Source: Promethearchaeota archaeon (lineage in GTDB: Archaea; Asgardarchaeota; Lokiarchaeia; Sigyniarchaeales; SOKP01). From it: a stretch of DNA of 13,581 nucleotides. Under the pieces are notes generated by a model. That model had not been told where the DNA came from. It ran no database searches and saw nothing but the letters and a program-made list of their open reading frames with translations. The translations under genes and the position numbers were made by a program. This document shows positions 1-8,313 of the stretch, piece after piece. Each line of letters begins with the position of its first letter. Within the stretch, counting starts at the first letter, position 1. The stretch covers positions 1-13,581 of the forward strand of contig SDNY01000101.1 in assembly GCA_004524535.1 (NCBI GenBank). The letters run 5' to 3'.

Positions 1-386
1 ATCCTTTTTATCCTGCTAAGGGCATTATTCCCTTTTTTTATCGTGTCATCCGATTCTTTTTTCAAGATTTGGGCAAAAAATTTGAATCTAATAATTCAAA
101 CAGTAAAATTTTTAATGACTCAAGAGATCAAAAAACTTAGTACTTACTTAAATTCAGATTAAATTCTATTATTTAAAACAGGTTTATTTTTTTTCTCTAA
201 TTTAATTCTCCAAATATCTCTAAATATTGAGCCTTTCGCTATTTGATATAATATAAATTTAAAATTAAAAAAAAACCAAAATAAAATTGTCTATTTATTA
301 TTTTTAAAAAAAAACAATTAAATTTGATTATAAAGATTTGATTTAGCCTTCATACTAATTATCCTAAAATAAAAAAAATAAGTATT

Positions 387-398
387 AAAAAAAAAAAA
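387..398 (-). terminator. T12 tract, putative archaeal terminator of the giant-protein operon
   Basis: A12 run on + (T12 on -) begins 6 nt after the stop of the 405..1019 CDS; archaeal intrinsic terminators are oligo-T tracts. Confidence 0.5.
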
Positions 399-404
399 TG
401 TTAA

Positions 405-1019
405 TTAAATTATATTTTCGATTTTATTTGTGGATATCACTATCTTACTTAAATTTGGATGGGAAGTGGCAGGAATTAATCTAATTAATATGTTTTTAAT
501 TTTTTCTTTCATTTTCAAATCCTCTGTACCATATAATGGAATTAATTTATTGCGTGTTATAGCCAAATCCTTCATTTCAATTTCTTTACCAGAATAATAT
601 GGAATCCCATTTTTTCTTTTCATGAAAATCCATATTCCTTCATCAATTTCTACAAAATGATCAATTTGCTTCAAAAGAAATTCAAGACGTTTTATTTTTT
701 TAGATAAAAAACCCTCGCCGCGAATAATAATCATCTTTGTCTTTGTAAAATATATAGTCGATCGGTTATTTCTAAGGGTTGTATCGTATGACTGGAGGCT
801 TGCATATATTATAGTGCAGAACACAATCAATACCACCACTGCTATTGGACCTACAATAGGTGGATACGCTATTAAAAAATTTATCAACATCATTGAGAAT
901 GTTCCACCTGTGAATAAGATTGTGAACCATATCATTTTTCCCCAGCTTTCAGGCATAGGTTTAACCTTTAATATAATTTCCTCGCCATCTAATTGATTTA
1001 ATTCCTTATTTCCACTCAT
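405..1019 (-). CDS. Membrane protein with 2 TM helices and a bacterial PH-like domain; candidate partner or immunity protein of the upstream giant protein
   Basis: 204-aa ORF. N-terminal LDGEEIILKVKP, two hydrophobic helices (WFTILFTGGTFSMMLINFLIAY; IVGPIAVVVLIVFCTIIYASL), then IYFTKTKMIIIRG...EFLLKQID, resembling the bPH pattern (Y-x-L-T-x-x-R-I-I). ATG lies 10 nt after the stop of 1030..8091. Confidence 0.75.
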   Translation of the reverse strand: MSGNKELNQLDGEEIILKVKPMPESWGKMIWFTILFTGGTFSMMLINFLIAYPPIVGPIAVVVLIVFCTIIYASLQSYDTTLRNNRSTIYFTKTKMIIIRGEGFLSKKIKRLEFLLKQIDHFVEIDEGIWIFMKRKNGIPYYSGKEIEMKDLAITRNKLIPLYGTEDLKMKEKIKNILIRLIPATSHPNLSKIVISTNKIENII

Positions 1020-1029
1020 CTTATCTTAA

Positions 1030-1605
1030 TTACTCTTTCCAATTTCCTTCAATTAAAAGTGTAATTCCCATAATTAAGAATACACCTCCTATTGTCCAAA
1101 ACAAACCTGCATCAATGAAACATGCAGATGGAGCAAAAGGAGAGTGTGCAGCCTTCCCTTCACCAAATAGACGACCCATCATAATAAGTCCAGTAAATAA
1201 TGGAGCTATTACAATTGTAGAACCACATATCCATAGTAATGCTTGTCTCCATTCTGGTGATAAAGAAATATCAAGAAAGAGAAAGATAAACAAAGGAATA
1301 AGGTTTAATACAATTGATATAACTACTGCAGAAATAGAGGTCGCTTTTGTTGGTGAAATCTTCTGTGTGAAAAGCCCAATCAATATACCGAGAGCAGCAG
1401 CTATATAAGCTATTCCAAATCCTATCATCCAGCAGAAATTAAAGGGTACATCAACAAGCATTAATGCAATAATTTCAGCAACTACACCTCCTAATAGAGC
1501 AGCCCAGCTTGGAATTGCATATCTCCAATCACGATCTTTATTTTTCAATAAATATAATGCTCCTATCGCTACAGTAGCAAATGAACTACCTAAATTTATC
1601 CCATT
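1030..1605 (-). other. C-terminal bundle of 6 predicted TM helices, Gly/Ala-rich (domain of the giant protein)
   Basis: GINLGSSFATVAIGALYLL; AIPSWAALLGGVVAEIIALMLV; WMIGFGIAYIAAALGILIGLF; ISAVVISIVLNLIPLFIFLFL; ALLWICGSTIVIAPLFTGLIMMG; AGLFWTIGGVFLIMGITLLI. Confidence 0.75.
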
Positions 1606-4600
1606 AACGAGATTAGTTCCATCAATAACAAATGGTCCTTTTTGCTCTCGTAGAAAATATTGAGTAGATTCAGTATCCTCCATAAATACCGAAAATTCAT
1701 AATATCCTGGTTTTTCTAGTACTACCTCCTTTTCAAAAATATATTCAATGCCATTTTGTTCAACTAACTCCATTTCATCACCCTCATCATCTAAAACATC
1801 ATTTGGCCCTCGAGAAATTTCAATTTTGGGATAATCCTCAGCAGGGGGATTTTCTCCCCTATATTTAACTCTTAAATTATATTCATATAAATTAGTCTCT
1901 GATGTTAGTTCCCATTCAAAATCATATAATTCACCTTGATTATTTGATGTTTTAGGGCTTGAAGTAGATAGCAGTTCTCTGTTTGATGTAGTAATTTCTG
2001 AACTTGATTGGGTAACTGATGGAATTGAAAATTCTGAATGTTCTAAGTCATCGGGATCAAAGACAATACCTTGTTCTACTCTCATTAATTCAGAACCTGC
2101 AAGAATGATACATATTTTAATTATTGGAACATCTAAATCTAATGTACTTGAATATTTCCACTCGATTATCGCATCATATTTAGCCGCTAATCCAAATAAC
2201 TCAAATTCTACAAAGAAAAACCCAATAGTAGGATATTTTCCAGTAAAAGCAGCAACAGCTAGACCAACTCCTATCATAAATGCTAGTCCGATCATAATAC
2301 CTGCAATGGTTAAGGCTAGCATTAGAAGTATATAAACCATTATAATAAGTTTGATTAAAGCTTCAAGCCACATCATTATAGTGTCTACTATGGTTTTTAC
2401 TATGGTCATTCCAATTTCTACGATTGTATCAAATAATTTTTGAAAGAACTCAACAATAGCAATAAGAACATCTATTATTAACTGGACAATGGTTTCGATT
2501 AATTTTATAAAATTTTGTAGTGGGGTTCTAGGCCATTCACCTACTTCATCATTTTCGAAGGAATCAAGCACAAGCGGTATAAGGTTTAATACATCGGGAG
2601 CAAGACCTAAATCTTCTGGTTGATCAGTCCTGATCCATGCATATCTTATTCCCTTAGATTCATTAGCACCAGTCAATATTAAATCTTCTAAAATTAATTC
2701 TGCCTGATTCTGATTAACAGTTTTAGTTATCACACATTCGACATTAGGGCTAATATCTTTATTCATATCTCCTCTATCGATTCCGCTTACTTGTGCATTA
2801 TTTAAAACTTGCCATTCATCACTTTGAATCGTCCCATCATCACTAACGGAAGTTTCAATAATTCCATGAAGTTTTGTATCCGCAAAAACAGAAGTTGGGA
2901 TTAAAACAACATTTATCCCGTAACTAAAGTAATCATTCGGAGATGACACATCTAAAATTACAGCAGTCATCTTTTCTGGTTGGTTATAATGGTTTGCCGC
3001 TTCAAAATCACCCTCCGGATCATAAATTGCAATTGTGTTAGCTCGTGGAATTCCAATTGTTTCTATATCGAGTTTTATCCAATCATCACCATCTTCGATA
3101 TATTCATTATCTACCCAGTTACGTTGATAATCCCCATACATTAAATCGTATGTTGTGGAACCATCAACTTTTTCTAGCCATCCTAACTCAAAGAAATTCA
3201 TCCACAATGATGCATCGATCTCTAAACTATCATCAGAGTCATCTACATCAATATAATAGCTATATCCAAAATCAGATGTAGTTTGGACTGAATATATTAC
3301 GATATCTTCTGGATGTATCAGATTCATAAGATCGTCTGGAATAAGCCACGTAGGAACTAACTCTAATAAATCAACGTATGACCAATCCCATACAAAATAA
3401 GGAAGACAAGGAATCGAACATGTAGAACATTCCCAATCGCAGTCTAGATCCCACCAAGGACCAGAACATTCTAACGAGCAAGGTAGACAAGGAAAATAGC
3501 ACATTCTCCATCGTAATTCAATATTATCTGGATAATAAAACACTGTTGCATAATAATCTTTCCAGTCTTTCGTGGCCCATTCCGAAGGGGTGGCAACTTC
3601 AAATCTGTGAGTAGCGTCAGATTCAACTTCTAAAGTAACCTGTAATTCTGGTTGTGAGATTTGTAGGGGAGATTCATAGTGTCCTTCGTCTACCGTTATT
3701 TTAACGATAAGATTCCGAGAGGGATCTGAATCTCTAAAGTCATCTATGCCATCACCATCAGTATCTTTTGAATACGGATTCCAATTATGATCAACTTCTT
3801 TTTTATCATTAACAAGATCTCCATCTGTATCACTTTTTGTAGGATCCGTGATCCAACCATTGTTTAAGTAAGGATCAACTTCCCAACCATCTTTTATTCC
3901 ATCATTATCAGTATCAGGATCATTTGGATTTAAATATTTAGTTATCTCGATTGCATATTCTTCAAGTAGACAATTCTCCGTACTTGTAACTTTTAAACTC
4001 CATTTTCCACCATAATTACCAAATTCCTTTACAGCTTCAGTTACATCTGTGATATTGACATAATATCTCTGATTATAAACGCGTTTCATAAAAATAAACT
4101 TTCCATTAAGGGTTAATTCAATTGTTAGATCTGTAGGGTCAAAACTATTTTCACCATCAGGTTCACCAACAGATATCGAAATTGTAACGGCAGCTCTTGC
4201 TAGTCTTATACCCCTGTCGAAATAAATATTGAATATATTATCATTACTGGTTGCTTCTATTTTTTTTCTACTATCAATATTTTTTGAAGTGGTATAATGT
4301 TCATTCCCGTCTAATAATTCATCACCATCTGTATCAGCTACTAATGGATCTGTGTGATATCCATCTTGTCCAGCATAATATTCTTCTCCGTCACTAAGCC
4401 CATCCTCATCTGTGTCTGTTTTTGTAGGATCAGTTCCTAGATTCTCTTCTTTAGTATCTGATAATCCATCTCCGTCTCCATCATATCTTCCTGGATAATA
4501 ATCCCAGAAATCATCGCGACCATCATTATCCGTATCCTTCATTCTTGGATCTGTACCAAGGATATATTCTTCCTCGTCAAATAGTAAATCTTGATCTGTA

Positions 4601-7600
4601 TCAATATATAGAGGATCAGAGTTAGACCAGTAGGTGCGATTAATCCAGCTTTCACTTGATTGATTCCAGTATTCTGTATTAATAGTCCAGCCAAAATATT
4701 CAACACCATCAGTTAAATTATCCCAATCAGTATCATTTAAGCGAGGATTTGTCCCAAGCAAGAGTTCACCACAAAATTTACCATTAGAGAGGCCATAACC
4801 ATCAGGAAGGCCATCATAATCAGTATCTGGATTAACAGGGCTTGTATTATAGAAATTAAGTTCATACCAATCGGTAATAAGATCTCCATCAGTGTCATCA
4901 GAATCAGGAGATAATTCTTCTTGAGCTTCAACCTCATCAATTATCCCATCGCCGTCAGAATCAATAAAAACTTGAATTTGGAAAATTGCATAGCCAACTT
5001 TACCAGCATCATCAATAACATCTAATTGTCCTATAATCGTTGATGATTTATCATAAGCAACTGATATTTCAGAACTTAGCCCTCCAATTGTTTGGATATA
5101 TGTCTCATTATTGATATTCCATTGATAAGTCAAAATATCTGTATCTGTGAACGAGTCAATACCATATCCGGTTATAGATATTTCTCCAGGCTTTCCATAA
5201 ACGAATTTGTTAGTTATCGTAACCTGAGGTGCGATATCTTCCACTATAATTGAGATATTTGCTTTAGTAACACCTCCATCATTATCAGAGATTGTTAAAT
5301 AAGCTGTATGAGTTCCATCGTTTAAATATACAGTAGGCCTTGCTTCATTAATAATTTGTCCATTAAGATCCCACATATAATTTAAGAACATTTCATCAGG
5401 GATGTCGTCCCATGCTGCCATTTTAAGAACAATAGGATATCCTTCAATACTTTCGAAGCCGTATGGTCCTTCCAATCGTGGGGCGTTATTTTGAATGGTT
5501 AAAATTTTTGTATCAAAACCGACAGCTCCATTATCGTCAATTACATAAAAAGTCACATTGTATTCTCCGCTTCTCGCCCATTTATGGGTTACATTTGGCA
5601 GGAAATATTGAGACCCATCACCAAAATCCCAATAAAATTGTAGACTATTATAATCTGAACCAGAATCTTCGAAATTAACATAACCTCCTATCTCAAATGG
5701 AAAATTTTGGGTTAAGTTAATATTTTCAAATGATTGGAGTGTTACTTCTGGTATTTTATTATAGATTTGAAGTAACCTTCCTCTGACTGTTGAGAATATG
5801 CCATCTGTGACATTTACAGAAATTAGATAAATTCCTTCATTAAAATATGTCCTTGAAATCATTGTATTATTTTCATAATCAAAAGTGAACTTCTCATCCC
5901 CTAATTGATATGTCATCGTAAGACTATCATTATTAAAATCATTTGCGATGCTAAACATATTAATTGGGATATCTTCTGTACCGTTATTAGGGATCATTAT
6001 GAATAGATAAGGCGAAAGATTTCCGACCTCAAAAGTACCGGCAGATGTGTCTATATCCATATTAAAGAAATCATTACCTCCATCATCATCGGTTGCATTA
6101 ATCTCCAGTACATTCGAAGCTTTTAAAACTTTTATTTTAAGCAAGTTAAAGATGCTTATTAATTCTAACATCCCTAGAAAACTTAGATCCACTGGATTAA
6201 ATGTGGGTGTAATTAAAATTTCCTGAGGTAACCCATATTCATTGATAAAAATTTCATTAATTAGAGTCTCAGTTATATTTATATCCACATATATCAGTCC
6301 ATCCTGCTTATATGCATAAATTTCCAGAATTCTGCCATCATGCAAGGTAGTTTGACAATATTTTGGAAAAGAAAAGAAGTCTGCGAAAGTAAAATTAATC
6401 TCTAAAAGAATATCTATTTTGAACTTAGCATTAAGGTGAATATCATCTGCGCCAGGATCATATATGGAACCTGCAAATGTAACTGGCATATCAAATATAT
6501 AATTATCTGGATCAATAATCCATTCATTTGGACATAATTTCCATCCTAACCAAAATTCATTGAAAGATTTATATAATGTGAAGGAGCTTCCATCTCTGAA
6601 CGAAAACGTTAAGTAAATTCTATAAGTACCACAGGCGAGTTCATGTGTACGATTGATTACGAATATGTATTCATTTGCAAGCGATAATCTGAAAGGTAAA
6701 GGTTCTTCAAGCTCATAGGAATATTCTCCTGCTGGTTTAGAGAAAACATATCTTCCAAGAGTATTATTGTTGCATATATATTCTAATGAAAAGTTAGCTT
6801 CGAAGAATGTCGGGCCACGAATTTCTATCGATACGTTCATATCGACAAACGCAGAGAATAGGTTTATATGGGGATCAACATTGACCACAGAGACAGGTAC
6901 GGAATCATTAGCTGTTAATCCTCCACGATCTTTTGCTGTAACAGAAATATTTCCATCAAAATCATCAGCAAAGAAATGAGATGCTCGCCATCCATGCTTA
7001 CCGAAACTCCAATTATAACTCATTTGAGAAACATCTAAAGGAGAATCATGGGTAGAAACTTCAAAAATGTAAGTTGATCCTTCTGGTAATGTTCTATTAA
7101 TCGCATTAATAGTCAAATTGATTTCTGGTGGTTCATTTATTACTTCAATTATTTTTGATGTGGTTCCAGTTTCTTCATTATCATCTTTTACAGTTAAAGA
7201 TATATTATAAGTTCCAGAGGTTAAAAATTCTTTATAAGTAGTTAAACCTCTTGCCACTTGTCCATCTCCAAAATCCCAATATATCAATGTTTTATTTATA
7301 TCAGATGGTGAATCATAACTTAAGGAAGCGTTAAAAATAAGAGGACATCCTTCATAAACTAATGCCCCATCGTCATCGATTGAAATAACATATGGACAGT
7401 CTTCCTTTAATTTTTGGATTTCAAAATCAGCGGTAGGTTTTACGTTCTTAATTTCAATAAATACGGTTTCAGAGTCAATAGCATTTTGGTCATCTATTGC
7501 GGTAAGAGTTATAGGAAATGTTCCTTGATCTTTCCAAAGATATGATACTGTATTACCTATTTTAGAATTACCATCACCTAAATCCCATATATAATTTAAA

Positions 7601-8091
7601 TATCCTATATCAACCTCCGAGTCATAAACTTCTCCAACAGAAAGCTCGACCATCTCATCTTCAAATGCAAAAGATGGCATATTTATCGACTGGATAATTG
7701 GTGCTTCATTAATTATTTCCACTTCACATGTATAAGTATCTGTTAATCCTGACACTGCTATTGCTGTTAATGTTACTAAATATTTACCCTCCATCGCGAA
7801 AGAATGTGAAATATTAATTTCATCAGGATAAAGTTTAGCTTGCTGTGAACCATCATGGAAGTCTATTGTAAGATAAAGGATATCTGCATATTCAACATCA
7901 TTAATCTTAAAAGTAAAAGTAATATCCTCATCAACATCAGCTATAGTTTTATTCGGATAAAATTCAACAATCATTGGTACAATAGAATCTGATTTAACCG
8001 CGACAATATTTGCCGAAAGTAATATAACTATTAGTATTCCTGCTAATATACCTGTTTTTGTTTTTTTATTTAATTTAAATCTTTTTTTCAT
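1030..8091 (-). CDS. Giant secreted/membrane protein (2353 aa): PKD repeats, thrombospondin type-3-like Ca-binding repeats, Cys-rich hairpin, C-terminal multi-TM region
   Basis: Basic-then-hydrophobic signal peptide (MKKRFKLNKKTKTGILAGILIVILLSANIVA); WDFGDG/WDLGDG PKD motifs; 12 D-[TSG]-D-x-D-x-x-x-D repeats; about 8 hydrophobic helices in the last 450 aa; uninterrupted 7-kb ORF. Confidence 0.92.
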   Translation of the reverse strand: MKKRFKLNKKTKTGILAGILIVILLSANIVAVKSDSIVPMIVEFYPNKTIADVDEDITFTFKINDVEYADILYLTIDFHDGSQQAKLYPDEINISHSFAMEGKYLVTLTAIAVSGLTDTYTCEVEIINEAPIIQSINMPSFAFEDEMVELSVGEVYDSEVDIGYLNYIWDLGDGNSKIGNTVSYLWKDQGTFPITLTAIDDQNAIDSETVFIEIKNVKPTADFEIQKLKEDCPYVISIDDDGALVYEGCPLIFNASLSYDSPSDINKTLIYWDFGDGQVARGLTTYKEFLTSGTYNISLTVKDDNEETGTTSKIIEVINEPPEINLTINAINRTLPEGSTYIFEVSTHDSPLDVSQMSYNWSFGKHGWRASHFFADDFDGNISVTAKDRGGLTANDSVPVSVVNVDPHINLFSAFVDMNVSIEIRGPTFFEANFSLEYICNNNTLGRYVFSKPAGEYSYELEEPLPFRLSLANEYIFVINRTHELACGTYRIYLTFSFRDGSSFTLYKSFNEFWLGWKLCPNEWIIDPDNYIFDMPVTFAGSIYDPGADDIHLNAKFKIDILLEINFTFADFFSFPKYCQTTLHDGRILEIYAYKQDGLIYVDINITETLINEIFINEYGLPQEILITPTFNPVDLSFLGMLELISIFNLLKIKVLKASNVLEINATDDDGGNDFFNMDIDTSAGTFEVGNLSPYLFIMIPNNGTEDIPINMFSIANDFNNDSLTMTYQLGDEKFTFDYENNTMISRTYFNEGIYLISVNVTDGIFSTVRGRLLQIYNKIPEVTLQSFENINLTQNFPFEIGGYVNFEDSGSDYNSLQFYWDFGDGSQYFLPNVTHKWARSGEYNVTFYVIDDNGAVGFDTKILTIQNNAPRLEGPYGFESIEGYPIVLKMAAWDDIPDEMFLNYMWDLNGQIINEARPTVYLNDGTHTAYLTISDNDGGVTKANISIIVEDIAPQVTITNKFVYGKPGEISITGYGIDSFTDTDILTYQWNINNETYIQTIGGLSSEISVAYDKSSTIIGQLDVIDDAGKVGYAIFQIQVFIDSDGDGIIDEVEAQEELSPDSDDTDGDLITDWYELNFYNTSPVNPDTDYDGLPDGYGLSNGKFCGELLLGTNPRLNDTDWDNLTDGVEYFGWTINTEYWNQSSESWINRTYWSNSDPLYIDTDQDLLFDEEEYILGTDPRMKDTDNDGRDDFWDYYPGRYDGDGDGLSDTKEENLGTDPTKTDTDEDGLSDGEEYYAGQDGYHTDPLVADTDGDELLDGNEHYTTSKNIDSRKKIEATSNDNIFNIYFDRGIRLARAAVTISISVGEPDGENSFDPTDLTIELTLNGKFIFMKRVYNQRYYVNITDVTEAVKEFGNYGGKWSLKVTSTENCLLEEYAIEITKYLNPNDPDTDNDGIKDGWEVDPYLNNGWITDPTKSDTDGDLVNDKKEVDHNWNPYSKDTDGDGIDDFRDSDPSRNLIVKITVDEGHYESPLQISQPELQVTLEVESDATHRFEVATPSEWATKDWKDYYATVFYYPDNIELRWRMCYFPCLPCSLECSGPWWDLDCDWECSTCSIPCLPYFVWDWSYVDLLELVPTWLIPDDLMNLIHPEDIVIYSVQTTSDFGYSYYIDVDDSDDSLEIDASLWMNFFELGWLEKVDGSTTYDLMYGDYQRNWVDNEYIEDGDDWIKLDIETIGIPRANTIAIYDPEGDFEAANHYNQPEKMTAVILDVSSPNDYFSYGINVVLIPTSVFADTKLHGIIETSVSDDGTIQSDEWQVLNNAQVSGIDRGDMNKDISPNVECVITKTVNQNQAELILEDLILTGANESKGIRYAWIRTDQPEDLGLAPDVLNLIPLVLDSFENDEVGEWPRTPLQNFIKLIETIVQLIIDVLIAIVEFFQKLFDTIVEIGMTIVKTIVDTIMMWLEALIKLIIMVYILLMLALTIAGIMIGLAFMIGVGLAVAAFTGKYPTIGFFFVEFELFGLAAKYDAIIEWKYSSTLDLDVPIIKICIILAGSELMRVEQGIVFDPDDLEHSEFSIPSVTQSSSEITTSNRELLSTSSPKTSNNQGELYDFEWELTSETNLYEYNLRVKYRGENPPAEDYPKIEISRGPNDVLDDEGDEMELVEQNGIEYIFEKEVVLEKPGYYEFSVFMEDTESTQYFLREQKGPFVIDGTNLVNGINLGSSFATVAIGALYLLKNKDRDWRYAIPSWAALLGGVVAEIIALMLVDVPFNFCWMIGFGIAYIAAALGILIGLFTQKISPTKATSISAVVISIVLNLIPLFIFLFLDISLSPEWRQALLWICGSTIVIAPLFTGLIMMGRLFGEGKAAHSPFAPSACFIDAGLFWTIGGVFLIMGITLLIEGNWKE
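3721..4962 (-). repeat. Protein-level TSP3-like (DxDxDG) calcium-binding repeats, 12 units, aa ~1044-1457
   Basis: DSDGDGIIDE, DTDGDLITDW, DTDYDGLPDG, DTDWDNLTDG, DTDQDLLFDE, DTDNDGRDDF, DGDGDGLSDT, DTDEDGLSDG, DTDGDELLDG, [insert], DTDNDGIKDG, DTDGDLVNDK, DTDGDGIDDF; often linked by GT(D/N)P. Confidence 0.85.
4963..7989 (-). repeat. Protein-level tandem PKD/Ig-like domains, about 9 units, aa ~35-1043
   Basis: Repeated unit with N-x-x-P linkers (NEAP, NVKP, NEPP, NVDP, NLSP, NKIP, NNAP, DIAP), Y-x-W-D-F-G-D-G cores and G-x-Y-x-V-T-L-T-V-x-D-D-x-G strands. Confidence 0.85.
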
Positions 8092-8313
8092 TTAGATCAA
8101 ATCCATTCTTATTATATTATAAAATCTAATAATTTTTTTTTTTACAAAATTGGATTTGTTATATTTTATTTTTTTTTATTTTTAAATCTAACTCTTTTTT
8201 TGTTAGTTACACTCTAGTTTTGTCAGTAAATTTGTACTTTGTTTTTGTCACTTTGTGTCACTCTTTTCCTGATTTTCCTTATCATATTTTGTACGTATTA
8301 TTTAGATTAAAAT

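Noticed and set aside
1-162. Short open frames at the window edge (+3 to 140, +1 to 162, and a minus-strand TTG at 65)
   Set aside because: Truncated and without recognisable motifs; cannot tell which, if any, is coding.
814-6979. Small ORFs inside the two left-hand genes (814, 1115, 2105, 3045, 4737, 5463, 6767)
   Set aside because: Antisense or alternate-frame shadows of strong CDSs with no domain signal.
1030-8091. Calling the giant protein a polycystin-1 orthologue, GPCR or HAP2/fusexin homologue
   Set aside because: No GPS/GAIN, PLAT, 7TM or fusexin signature is recognisable by eye; the resemblance is architectural only.
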